Below are positions 19,516-27,864 of a stretch of DNA of 53,400 nt, piece after piece (positions within the stretch are counted from its first letter, which is position 1; every line of letters starts with the position of its first letter). This DNA comes from Vulcanimicrobiota bacterium (GTDB lineage Bacteria; Vulcanimicrobiota; Vulcanimicrobiia; Vulcanimicrobiales; Vulcanimicrobiaceae): assembly GCA_003135555.1 (NCBI GenBank), contig PLCF01000082.1, forward strand, positions 1 to 53,400. Direction: 5' to 3'. The translations under genes and the position numbers were made by a program. Below the pieces are notes generated by a model, which worked only from the letters and a program-made list of their open reading frames with translations, ran no database searches and was not told the origin of the DNA.

Positions 19516-19572
19516 AGCGTACGCCGATGGACGGCGCCGCGGGAGCTGTCTTCTAGCCGAACCTTTCGGCCG
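19516..19572 (-). promoter_or_regulatory. Promoter of the 56-aa ORF: GCCGAA-cct-TTCGGC box (19556-19570) and TACGCT (19521-19516)
   Basis: Same core palindrome and same 34-bp spacing as the kdp and kup promoters. Confidence 0.6.
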
Positions 19573-19573
19573 C

Positions 19574-21442
19574 TCAGAGGTTGACGGTGACGCCGAGCTC
19601 GACGCGGCGCTCGGCCGGGATCTTGAGATCGTCGGGCAAGGGGCGCGCGTTGAGCTGCAGCGTGGCGAACAGGTCGCGGCGCCAGGCCGGCATACCGTCT
19701 TTTATCGCCGGCTCGATCTTCGGATCGGCGTAGAAGAACGACGTGTCGTCGCGATCGAGCTCCAGACCGAACGCGCTGCACGATCGAAAGATGGGGTCGA
19801 TGCGCGGCGCCTCCATGTATCCGAACCGGGCGACGACCCGGATCAACCGCAACGAAAATCGCTCGACCGTGACGCGCTCCTCGTCGGTCAGGTAGGGTTT
19901 TCCGGCGCGTGCGATGTTGAGGATGACGATGCGCTCCTCTTGCGCGCGGTCGCGTATCCACTGGTGCCGGGCCAGGAATGGAACGCCGCGCGGGTCCGGC
20001 GTCAGGAACACCATGGTGCCCTGGTCGCCGACCCCGGGCGGTAAGCGCTCGAGCACGTCTTCGATCGGTATCTGCTGCGCGGCGAGCGCACCGGTCAAGC
20101 CGCGCCGCCCCTCGAGCCACGTGAGGCTTCCGATCACCAGCACCGTGCTGATGCCGATCGGGATCCAGCCGCCGTCGAGGAACTTCGGTAGCGAGGCGAC
20201 GACGAGGCTGCTGTCGACGACGGCGAAGAGTGCGACCACCAGCAAGGACAGTGCCCGGTTCCAGTGCAGAACCTTGGTGATGACCGCGTAGTACGCCAAC
20301 GAAGTGCACAGCATCGTGCACGCGACGGCTAGGCCGTACGCCGATGCGAGACGGTCGCTGGACCGAAACGCGACCACCAGGATCGCGCAGCCGATCGCGA
20401 GCCACCAGTTCACCGCCGGCACGAAGACTTGCCCCTTGTGCTGGTGCGACGTGTGCCGCACGAGAACACGCGGCGCCAGGTTGAGCGCGATCGCCTGCTC
20501 GACCAAGGTGAACGTCCCCGAGATGAGCGCTTGTGAGGCGATGACGGTCGCAATCGTCGCCAGCACGACCATCGGGATGAGGGCCCAGCCCGGCGCCAGC
20601 GCGTAAAACGGGTTGGCGAACGCGTGCGGATCGGCGACCAACTTCGCACCTTGGCCGAAGTAGTTCAGGATCAGCGCCGGAAAGACCAACGCATACCAGC
20701 CGGTGACGATCGGACCGCGCCCGAAGTGCGACATGTCGGCGTAGAGGGCTTCGACGCCGGTTACGGCCAGCACGACGCCGCCCAGAATCGTGAACCCGGC
20801 CAGACCGTTGCGGGTGAGGAACGCCAAGCCGTAACGCGGATCCAGCGCCCGCAGTACCTCGGGATCGTGGACGATCGCCACCAGTCCGAGCACGCCGATG
20901 ACGGCGAACCATGCGAGCATCACCGGACCGAACAGCGTGCCGACGCTCGCGGTGCCGCGGCGCTGCAAGGCGAAGAGCCCGACGACGACGGCGAGCGAGA
21001 TCGGCACGACGAACGGCTGGAACTCGCTCGACACGACGCTGACCCCTTCGACCGCCGAGATGATCGAAATCGCCGGCGTGATGATCCCGTCGCCGAGCAG
21101 CATCGACGCACCGATCACGACGATCAGGGTCAACCCCGCGGGGGCGATCATCTTGCCGAACGCCGGCGGCGGCGAGGCCAGAGCGAGCAGCGCGAGGATG
21201 CCGCCTTCGCCGTCGTGGTCCACGCGCATGATGAAGGTCGCGTACTTGATGCAGACCACGACGACCAGTGCCCACACCAGCAGCGAAAGGATCCCTAAGA
21301 CATCCCCCACGCCACCCTTGGAGCCCGCAAGCCCGAGGCAGACCTTGAGCGTGTACAGCGGGCTGGTGCCGATGTCTCCGAACACGACGCCCATGGCCGC
21401 GACGACGAGCGCGAGGCGGGCCGGCGCAGCGCGCAGAGTCAT
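19574..21442 (-). CDS. kup: KUP/HAK/KT family potassium uptake transporter
   Basis: GVVFGDIGTSPLY, DGEGGILAL, GDGIITPAIS, TGVEALYADMSHFG, ASQALISG, ARFGYME. Confidence 0.97.
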   Translation of the reverse strand: MTLRAAPARLALVVAAMGVVFGDIGTSPLYTLKVCLGLAGSKGGVGDVLGILSLLVWALVVVVCIKYATFIMRVDHDGEGGILALLALASPPPAFGKMIAPAGLTLIVVIGASMLLGDGIITPAISIISAVEGVSVVSSEFQPFVVPISLAVVVGLFALQRRGTASVGTLFGPVMLAWFAVIGVLGLVAIVHDPEVLRALDPRYGLAFLTRNGLAGFTILGGVVLAVTGVEALYADMSHFGRGPIVTGWYALVFPALILNYFGQGAKLVADPHAFANPFYALAPGWALIPMVVLATIATVIASQALISGTFTLVEQAIALNLAPRVLVRHTSHQHKGQVFVPAVNWWLAIGCAILVVAFRSSDRLASAYGLAVACTMLCTSLAYYAVITKVLHWNRALSLLVVALFAVVDSSLVVASLPKFLDGGWIPIGISTVLVIGSLTWLEGRRGLTGALAAQQIPIEDVLERLPPGVGDQGTMVFLTPDPRGVPFLARHQWIRDRAQEERIVILNIARAGKPYLTDEERVTVERFSLRLIRVVARFGYMEAPRIDPIFRSCSAFGLELDRDDTSFFYADPKIEPAIKDGMPAWRRDLFATLQLNARPLPDDLKIPAERRVELGVTVNL

Positions 21443-21450
21443 TGCCGTTC

Positions 21451-21518
21451 ATGCTACGCGGCTGCCCGCCGCGCCGGTACCAGCCGTTCGGCCGAACCTT
21501 TCGGCTGAACGCTTCGGC
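21451..21518 (-). promoter_or_regulatory. kup promoter: GCCGAA-cct-TTCGGC box (21491-21505), extra unit gctgaa-cgc-ttcggc, and -10-like TAGCAT (21456-21451)
   Basis: Near-identical to the kdp upstream sequence. ATG lies 8 nt after the hexamer, with no SD. Confidence 0.7.
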
Positions 21519-21534
21519 CCGCGCTACGCTAGCG

Positions 21535-21867
21535 TTACGGCTTGCCGTACTGTGTGGTGAGGTAGTCGACGATCGCGGGCATCGCATCGTCGGCGATCGG
21601 AGCGCCGTAGACATTCTTCATCTTGGTCACCTCGGCGGCCCATTGCGCCTTGCTCAAGACCGGCTGCGTCGAGACGTAGGCCGAGGAATGGCACGTCAGG
21701 CAATTCGCCTGCGCCGCGCCCACGCCGGGCCCGGGCTTGAACGCCATCCCGATGTCGCCGGGCAGCGAGATCGATGCCGAGCCTTTCGGCGGTGCGGGCG
21801 TTCCCGCGGCGACGGCGCTCGCTCCCAGCGCGCCGAGACAGGCGAGAACGAGGAGCGTCCGCTTCAT
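21535..21867 (-). CDS. Mono-haem cytochrome c, SorB-like subunit of sulfite:cytochrome c oxidoreductase
   Basis: Signal peptide MKRTLLVLACLG, CLTCH haem motif, W.AEVTKMKNVYGAPI; ATGA overlap with the molybdoenzyme. Confidence 0.85.
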   Translation of the reverse strand: MKRTLLVLACLGALGASAVAAGTPAPPKGSASISLPGDIGMAFKPGPGVGAAQANCLTCHSSAYVSTQPVLSKAQWAAEVTKMKNVYGAPIADDAMPAIVDYLTTQYGKP

Positions 21868-23063
21868 GATACCGACACCTTGTACGTCTCGATCGCATTG
21901 CGCAGGTAGCCGCTGGGGTTCCACCCCTGCGTGACGGGCTGCGTCGTCCCATCGTTTGCGGTCGCGCGGACCGCCACGACGAACGGCGTTCCCGCGCGAA
22001 CGTCGGCGGCGGCGTTCCACCGTCGAAAGCTGTACTTGCCGTAGTCTCGCTCCAGCGTGGCGTCGCGCCAGGTCGTGCTGCCGTCGGTGGAAACCTCGAC
22101 ACGTTTGATCCCGCTCCCACCGTCGAAGGCGATCCCGCGCAACTCTTGCGTCCCCCGTTTGATCGTGCCGCCGTCGCTGAGGTTGGTGATGAACGAACGC
22201 ACGCGCAGGCGGTTGATCGGGATCGTCGGGAAGCCGCTCGATCCCGGGGCCACGGCGTTGTCGGGCGTGTCGGGGATGCGATACGCGGTCTTCATCCAGA
22301 AGTTGTCGTCGACGTGATCGAGCACCGTGATCGCCGAGAGCATCTTGACCCAGTACGTCGAGTACCAGCCGGGCACGACGAGCCGCACCGGGTACCCGTT
22401 GAGCAGCGGCAGCGGCGCGCCGTTCATCGCGTACGCGACGATGACGTCGTCGCCGCGCGCGACGCCGACGTCGAGCGACTTCTTGAAGTCGGGGGTTGCT
22501 GGAAACACGCCGGCGTCGAGGCCGTCGAACTGGATCTGCTTCGCGCTGGGCTTGAGCCCGGCGCGGTCGAGGATGTCCCGCAGCCGCACGCCGGTCCACA
22601 CCGCGTTGCCCATCGCACCGTTGAACCATTGTCCGCCGGGAACGCGAGGCGACGAGAGCGCGCGGCTGTTGCCGGAGCACTCGTTGACCGCGGTGACCTC
22701 GACAGCAGGGAGCTTCGCGAGGTCGTCCATCGAGAGCAGGAGCGGGGTCGTGACCTCGCCGGAGACGCCGATGCGGTGCGCGGTCGCATCGACCTGCTGC
22801 GGGATGCTGGGCAGATGCCAGCGCACGAAAAAGGCGTCGTTGGGGGTGATCACGCCTTGATCGAACAGGGCGAACGGCGTCTCGAGCTGCGGCGGTCGCG
22901 GCGTCAACACGATCATCGGGCGCTTCTGCGGAAAGGCCATGAGCGGACGCTCTCCGTTGGCGAACGGGAATTGCACCGAATCCGCCCGGGCCTGCACCGG
23001 CAGCGCTCCGGCAGCGAACGCGGCGCCCGTGCCGGCCAGAAAATCGCGACGTCCGAGGTTCAT
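21864..23063 (-). CDS. Tat-exported molybdopterin oxidoreductase, SorA / sulfite oxidase family
   Basis: Tat motif GRRDFL, TPNDAFFVRWH, ECSGNSR (Mo-ligating Cys), LNGYPVRLVVPGWY, GIAFDGGSGI. Confidence 0.9.
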   Translation of the reverse strand: MNLGRRDFLAGTGAAFAAGALPVQARADSVQFPFANGERPLMAFPQKRPMIVLTPRPPQLETPFALFDQGVITPNDAFFVRWHLPSIPQQVDATAHRIGVSGEVTTPLLLSMDDLAKLPAVEVTAVNECSGNSRALSSPRVPGGQWFNGAMGNAVWTGVRLRDILDRAGLKPSAKQIQFDGLDAGVFPATPDFKKSLDVGVARGDDVIVAYAMNGAPLPLLNGYPVRLVVPGWYSTYWVKMLSAITVLDHVDDNFWMKTAYRIPDTPDNAVAPGSSGFPTIPINRLRVRSFITNLSDGGTIKRGTQELRGIAFDGGSGIKRVEVSTDGSTTWRDATLERDYGKYSFRRWNAAADVRAGTPFVVAVRATANDGTTQPVTQGWNPSGYLRNAIETYKVSVS

Positions 23064-23248
23064 GCAAGCGCCCTCCATCGATCCCGCCGACAGTGTGCTT
23101 CACGTCACGCGGCGGCATTCCTCGGCGGCGCAGAGCCCGGGCGTAATCTACTTTTCATCGGCTCCTCAGGCGGGTCCAATGCAGGCCGCCTTCGCCGGGC
23201 GTACGCTGCCGGTACAGGCTCTCATCTCGACAGGAGGTCACCCCTTAC

Positions 23249-24316
23249 ATGCGTAGCCCGATTCTCGCCGCGGTCATTGCGGCGTCGTTTCTCACCGCGT
23301 GCGGCGGCGGCGGAGGCAGCTCGCCCAGCCCGACGATCCCCGGTCAAACCGGGCAGAATTCCTCGCTCAACTCCACCGACGTCGTCCAAAGCTCTACCGA
23401 TGCCGCGTTCGAGCCGATGGACACCGGCGAAGCCGATGCCGGCGTCGGCAACGGCAGCCTCGGTGCGTCGGCGTCCGCACGCAGCGTGCAGGCGCTGCCG
23501 CACGCGTGCAAACACCGCACGACGCGGACGGTCACGGTCAACGCCGACGGCTCGATCACGGTCGAGACGATTCACTTCTTCGACGATGCTTGCACGCAGG
23601 TCGAACGCGATGCGGTCGCGGTTCATGCATCGAGCGGCGGCAGCGCCACCATCGCGCGCACCGTCACCACCTACAATCAAGCGCATCTCCAGCTCGGCGT
23701 GCGCAAGAGCAACTACGCCCTCACCGGTTCGTCGAACAACGGTTCCTGGACGCTGACCTCGGCGTTCTACGTGGGCACGTCGACGTCGCCGATCACGCAG
23801 TACGGCCACCAGGCATCCTTGAACGCCTCGGCCTACTCGGCGACGACCGGCCGCATCGCGAACGACGCGAAGCCGTCGATCAATGCGTCGTACGGGCACC
23901 AGTCGGCGGTCAGCGCCACGGTCACCAACGACGCCGCCGGAGACACGACCTTCACCGGCACGCGCAACGGCACGGCCTTCAAGGGCGCGCTGGGCGCGCT
24001 CACGCTCTCGGCGGCCCCGCCGTTCACCGTCTCGGGCGGTACCCAGATCGGCACCTCGGCGCTAACCGGCAGCGTCACGTTCGACTCGGACAGCGAGCTC
24101 ACCGCGGTGGCGCTCACCGGCACGCTCGTCAACGGCAACAGCCTGGTCGTAACGAGCTCGGCCGACGCCAACGGGATCGTCACGGTCAACGGCACCATCA
24201 CGTCGCCGTCGGGCGCGAGCGTCGCGACGTTCACGACCGACGCCAGCGGCGACGGGATCCTCACGCTCGCGAACGGGACGCAGGTTCCGATCGTCGACTG
24301 GCACGTGGTCTGGTAG
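23249..24316 (+). CDS. Secreted lipoprotein of unknown function (Ser/Thr-rich, beta-strand-rich)
   Basis: AGGAGG SD, lipobox FLTA-C followed by GGGGGSS, biased codon usage. Confidence 0.8.
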   Translation: MRSPILAAVIAASFLTACGGGGGSSPSPTIPGQTGQNSSLNSTDVVQSSTDAAFEPMDTGEADAGVGNGSLGASASARSVQALPHACKHRTTRTVTVNADGSITVETIHFFDDACTQVERDAVAVHASSGGSATIARTVTTYNQAHLQLGVRKSNYALTGSSNNGSWTLTSAFYVGTSTSPITQYGHQASLNASAYSATTGRIANDAKPSINASYGHQSAVSATVTNDAAGDTTFTGTRNGTAFKGALGALTLSAAPPFTVSGGTQIGTSALTGSVTFDSDSELTAVALTGTLVNGNSLVVTSSADANGIVTVNGTITSPSGASVATFTTDASGDGILTLANGTQVPIVDWHVVW

Positions 24317-24354
24317 GCTTCACCCTCCGAAGGCGAACGAGCCGCTGAGAACCC

Positions 24355-26373
24355 TCAGCGGCTCTTTCGCGTCTCGCGGATGGCGTGCCAGGCGTCGAGG
24401 ACCACCGCGACGCTCCAGGCTTGGGCGACCGCGCCGCGGGGCTCGAACGGTGCATCGCCGTCGGCGATCTCGGGCAACGTTCCGAGCGCCGGCCCGGAGC
24501 GGCTGCCGGTGACGGCGAGCACCATCTCCGCGGCATCCGGGTCACCGTAGACGCGCAGGTGCGCCTGTGCGAACGGTCCCGCGAGCCAGGTCCACACCGT
24601 GCCTTGATGGTACGCGGCGTCGCGGTCGAGGGTGTTGCCGGCGTAGCGCCCGTGATATTGCGCGTCACGCGGGTCGAGGCTGCGCAGCCCGGCCGGCGTC
24701 CACAGCCGCGACGCACAGGTGTCGACGATCGCGCGCCGGCGCGCCGCATCGAGCACCTCGATCGGCAGCGCCACCGCGAAGATCGCGTTGGGCCGCACGG
24801 TGGCGTCGTCGCCGCCCGGACCGTCGAGCACGTCGAAGCAGCTGCGCGTCGCGGGATTCCAGAAGCGCTCGAAGCTCGCTTCGGCCTGCGCCGCGGCGCC
24901 GGTGAGCGGCTGCGGGTCGTCGCCGACCGCGCGCGCGAACGCCGCGCAAGCGCGCAGCGCGTTGATCCACAGCGCGTTCACTTCGACCGGCTTGCCGATG
25001 CGCGGCGTAACGACCCAGTCGCCGGCTTTGGCGTCCATCCAGGTCACCTGCACGCCCGCCTCCCCGGCTTGCAGGAGGCCATCGCGAGGATCGACGCCGA
25101 TCCCGTAACGCGTTCCGGCGGTGTAGCTGCGAACGATCGCGGTGAGCGCGGGTACGAGCTCGAGGAGCGTCTCACGATCCTGCGTGGCCGCGTAGTACCG
25201 CCGCACCGCTTCGACGTACCACAGCGCCGCATCGACGGTGTTGTACTCGGCCGCCTGTCCGCCATCGGGAAAGTAGTTGGGGAGCATCCCGGCGTCGACG
25301 AAACGTGCGAACGTGCGCAAGATCGAGCGCGCGACGTCGTGGCGGCCGGTGACGAGCGTGAGGCCCGGCAGGGCGATCGCGGTATCGCGGCCCCAGTCGC
25401 CGAACCAGTGATAGCCCGCGATCACCGAGCGCGTCTGCGGATCGCCGGCCAGCGGGCGCCGCACGACGAATTGATCGGCGGCGAGCACGAGCGCGTTCAC
25501 CCAGGCCGGTGCGTCGGCGGCGAGCGCGCCTTGCTCGGCCGACCAGCTGCTCCGCAGCGTACGGTCGCGCGCGCGCCGGCGTTCGAGCGCGGCGATCGCG
25601 TCGACGGACTCGACCGCGTGGTCGGCGACGACGATCGTGAGCGTCTCGCCCGCACGCAGCGTCGCATCGAAGGTCGCGACGAGCAAATGGTCCTCAACGT
25701 CGTCGAGCCCGCGCGCGCGCTCCTGCGCGTACTCGAAATCGAAGTACCAGGTATGCTCGCGCGCGCACGTGGCGCGGTCGGCGCGCACGAAGATCGTCGC
25801 CGCGCCTGCATACGGCACCACGCGTACGCCGCCGGCGTCGGCGGTGACCTCCATCTGCCACCCGGCGGCGCGCGTGAGCGCGTGCAGGTCGCGGTGGTTG
25901 GCGAACGCGCGCAGCACAAGCTGCAGCGAGCCGCGCGCCGCGAGTACCGTAAACGAGCAGTAGGTGCGGTTGGCATCCTGTTCCATCCAGACCCGCCGCT
26001 CCAGCAGCGCGTCGCCGCAGGCGAAGGTCCACACCGGGATGCTGCCGTCGAGCGCGAAACCGATGAGCCGCTGCGCGCCGGTGGGCGCCGTCACGCCGTT
26101 GCGCCACCGGTCGTTCGCCAGCGCGTAGACGGCGCCGTCGTAGCGCACCTCGGGATCGATCTTGGGACACAGCAGCATGCGTCCGACCGGGGGCATGCGC
26201 GCGGCGAAGAGCAGGCCGTGGTAGCGCCGGGTCAGCGTGCCGCCGATCGTCCCCGAGGCGAAGCCGCCCAGCCCGTTGGTGACCAGCCATTCGCGCTCGA
26301 GATCTCCCGGGCTGAGCGAGCGGGCGTCTGCCTCCGAACCGAGCGGCGCGCGCTCGCGTTGGGTAACTATCAT
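24355..26373 (-). CDS. Glycogen debranching enzyme (amylo-alpha-1,6-glucosidase, GDE_N + GDE_C); start uncertain (26373 or 26394)
   Basis: REWLVTNGLGGFASGT, TRRYHGLL, IAGYHWFGDWGRDT, TWMDAK, PRIGKPVEVNALW, AYHQGTVWTW, QAWSVA. Confidence 0.92.
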   Translation of the reverse strand: MIVTQRERAPLGSEADARSLSPGDLEREWLVTNGLGGFASGTIGGTLTRRYHGLLFAARMPPVGRMLLCPKIDPEVRYDGAVYALANDRWRNGVTAPTGAQRLIGFALDGSIPVWTFACGDALLERRVWMEQDANRTYCSFTVLAARGSLQLVLRAFANHRDLHALTRAAGWQMEVTADAGGVRVVPYAGAATIFVRADRATCAREHTWYFDFEYAQERARGLDDVEDHLLVATFDATLRAGETLTIVVADHAVESVDAIAALERRRARDRTLRSSWSAEQGALAADAPAWVNALVLAADQFVVRRPLAGDPQTRSVIAGYHWFGDWGRDTAIALPGLTLVTGRHDVARSILRTFARFVDAGMLPNYFPDGGQAAEYNTVDAALWYVEAVRRYYAATQDRETLLELVPALTAIVRSYTAGTRYGIGVDPRDGLLQAGEAGVQVTWMDAKAGDWVVTPRIGKPVEVNALWINALRACAAFARAVGDDPQPLTGAAAQAEASFERFWNPATRSCFDVLDGPGGDDATVRPNAIFAVALPIEVLDAARRRAIVDTCASRLWTPAGLRSLDPRDAQYHGRYAGNTLDRDAAYHQGTVWTWLAGPFAQAHLRVYGDPDAAEMVLAVTGSRSGPALGTLPEIADGDAPFEPRGAVAQAWSVAVVLDAWHAIRETRKSR

Positions 26374-26407
26374 CCTATTCTCATCCGCATTCATTCTCGG
26401 AGGACCT

Positions 26408-26659
26408 ATGTTCAGCAGACGACTCACGATGCTCGTCTTGGCCGCGGCATTTGCGGCATCGAGCTCGATCGCGCTCCTGCAAAACGCCGGACCAGCGCTC
26501 GCGGACCGCGACGCCAACACCCGCCTGGCCCAGCAGCAGCGGCGCGACCGCGACGATTGGAACCGCAAGCATCATAAACAGCATGCCAATCCCCGCGTGC
26601 ACGCCAACAACGGCCACCACTACGGACAGCAGAAGCACCACGACCGCGACCACCGCTAG
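26408..26659 (+). CDS. Small secreted His/Arg/Asp-rich protein (83 aa)
   Basis: GGAGGA SD, signal peptide ending ALA-D, low-complexity His-rich mature part, terminator downstream. Confidence 0.7.
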   Translation: MFSRRLTMLVLAAAFAASSSIALLQNAGPALADRDANTRLAQQQRRDRDDWNRKHHKQHANPRVHANNGHHYGQQKHHDRDHR

Positions 26660-26680
26660 GCCGCGGCCGGCGAGAACCTC

Positions 26681-26716
26681 GAGCTCCGAAGCGCAGGCTT
26701 CGGAGCTCTCCTTTTT
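26681..26716 (+). terminator. Rho-independent terminator
   Basis: Perfect 12-bp stem gagctccgaagc-gcag-gcttcggagctc, then tccttttt, between convergent genes. Confidence 0.75.
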
Positions 26717-26728
26717 GCGCCGTTCGGC

Positions 26729-27721
26729 TCAGGTCGCGGAGGACTGCCGCGGCAGGGTACCGAGTTGCAGATCGCGCGGGCGCAGCTCGTGGCGTGCGTC
26801 GATCGTGCGCACCGAGCGGGTGTAGGTCGAGATGACGATCGATTGCGTGAAGGCGGAGCCGCGCCGGTAGCGCACGCCGTCGAGGAACTCACCATCGGTG
26901 ACGCCGCTCGCGGCGAACAGCGCGTCTTCGCTCGCGCACAGATCGTCGAGCGTGAGGGTCTTGCGGATATCGTGCCCCTCCTCGCGCGCGATCGCCTCGT
27001 CGCCCGCGTCGCGCGCCCACAAGCGTCCTTGCATCTCGCCGCCCAGCGCGCGTGCCGCGCACGCCGCGATCACGCCTTCGGGCGAGCCGCCGATCCCGGC
27101 CAACACGTCGACGTTCGCACGCTCCTCGAGGATCGCGTAGACGGCGTTGGAAACGTCGCCGTCGCCGAACACCCGCACCCGGGCGCCGGCCGCGCGCACC
27201 TGCTTCATGAGCGGCTCGTTGCGCGGGCGGTCGAGCAAGGCGACGGTGAGGTCGGAGACCTCACGGCCCTTGGCGCGCGCCAACGCGCGCAGGTTCTCCT
27301 CGAGCGGCAGGTCGATCGACACCACGCCGCGCCCGGCCGGCCCGGTCACCAGCTTGTCCATATACGGCACGCGGGTGCGGAAGAGCGCACCCCGTGGTGC
27401 GGCTGCGATCACCGAGATCGCCCCCGGCCCGCCGCGCGAAGCCAGCGTGGTGCCGTCGATCGGGTCGACCGCGACGTCGAGTGACGGACCGTCGCCGGTT
27501 CCGATCTCCTCGCCGTGGTAGAGCATCGGCGCTTCGTCTTTCTCACCCTCGCCGATGACGACGATCCCGGAGAGGATGGCAGTGGCCAGCGTCGTGCGCA
27601 TCGCCTCGACCGCGGCGCCGTCGACCGCGTTCTTGTCGCCCAGGCCGACCAGGCGGCCTGCGGCGATCGCGGCGGCCTCGGTCGAGCGGACGAAGGCGTA
27701 TTCGAGCGCATGGGTCTCCAT
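26729..27721 (-). CDS. glpX: Class II fructose-1,6-bisphosphatase
   Basis: RSTEAAAIAA, VVIGEGEKDEAPML, DVAVDPIDGT, YMDKL, LDRPRN, DGDV, GIGGSPEGV, SGVTDG. Confidence 0.95.
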   Translation of the reverse strand: METHALEYAFVRSTEAAAIAAGRLVGLGDKNAVDGAAVEAMRTTLATAILSGIVVIGEGEKDEAPMLYHGEEIGTGDGPSLDVAVDPIDGTTLASRGGPGAISVIAAAPRGALFRTRVPYMDKLVTGPAGRGVVSIDLPLEENLRALARAKGREVSDLTVALLDRPRNEPLMKQVRAAGARVRVFGDGDVSNAVYAILEERANVDVLAGIGGSPEGVIAACAARALGGEMQGRLWARDAGDEAIAREEGHDIRKTLTLDDLCASEDALFAASGVTDGEFLDGVRYRRGSAFTQSIVISTYTRSVRTIDARHELRPRDLQLGTLPRQSSAT

Positions 27722-27864
27722 GAGGATGCTATATCCGGGTGGCCGCTTGCTCAAAACCTCCCGCACCGGACGACCCGGGGGAAGTCGGCCGGTAGGTCGG
27801 GACCTTTGCCCCGTCGACGCCGGCTCGCGATGGGGGACAATGGCGCCAGGAACGGAGGTCAGAT

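Noticed and set aside
19301..21518. GCCGAA/TTCGGC repeats as a CRISPR array or transposon ends
   Set aside because: There are only three dispersed copies, with no regular spacers and no cas or transposase gene. Their position fits promoter operators.
21535..23118. 527-aa ORF suggesting a long cytochrome c fusion
   Set aside because: The upstream part is an Arg-rich alternate frame of the molybdoenzyme gene. The real cytochrome starts at 21867 with a signal peptide.
24385..26577. 730-aa plus-strand ORF and similar long shadow ORFs (1785-3230, 17291-18706, 35546-36967, 51257-53182)
   Set aside because: These are antisense or off-frame shadows typical of high-GC DNA, with no recognisable motifs and overlapping confident genes.
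26719..26729. gccgttcggct, a partial match to the K+ operator
   Set aside because: It is a half-site only, sits at the 3' ends of convergent genes, and has no promoter geometry.
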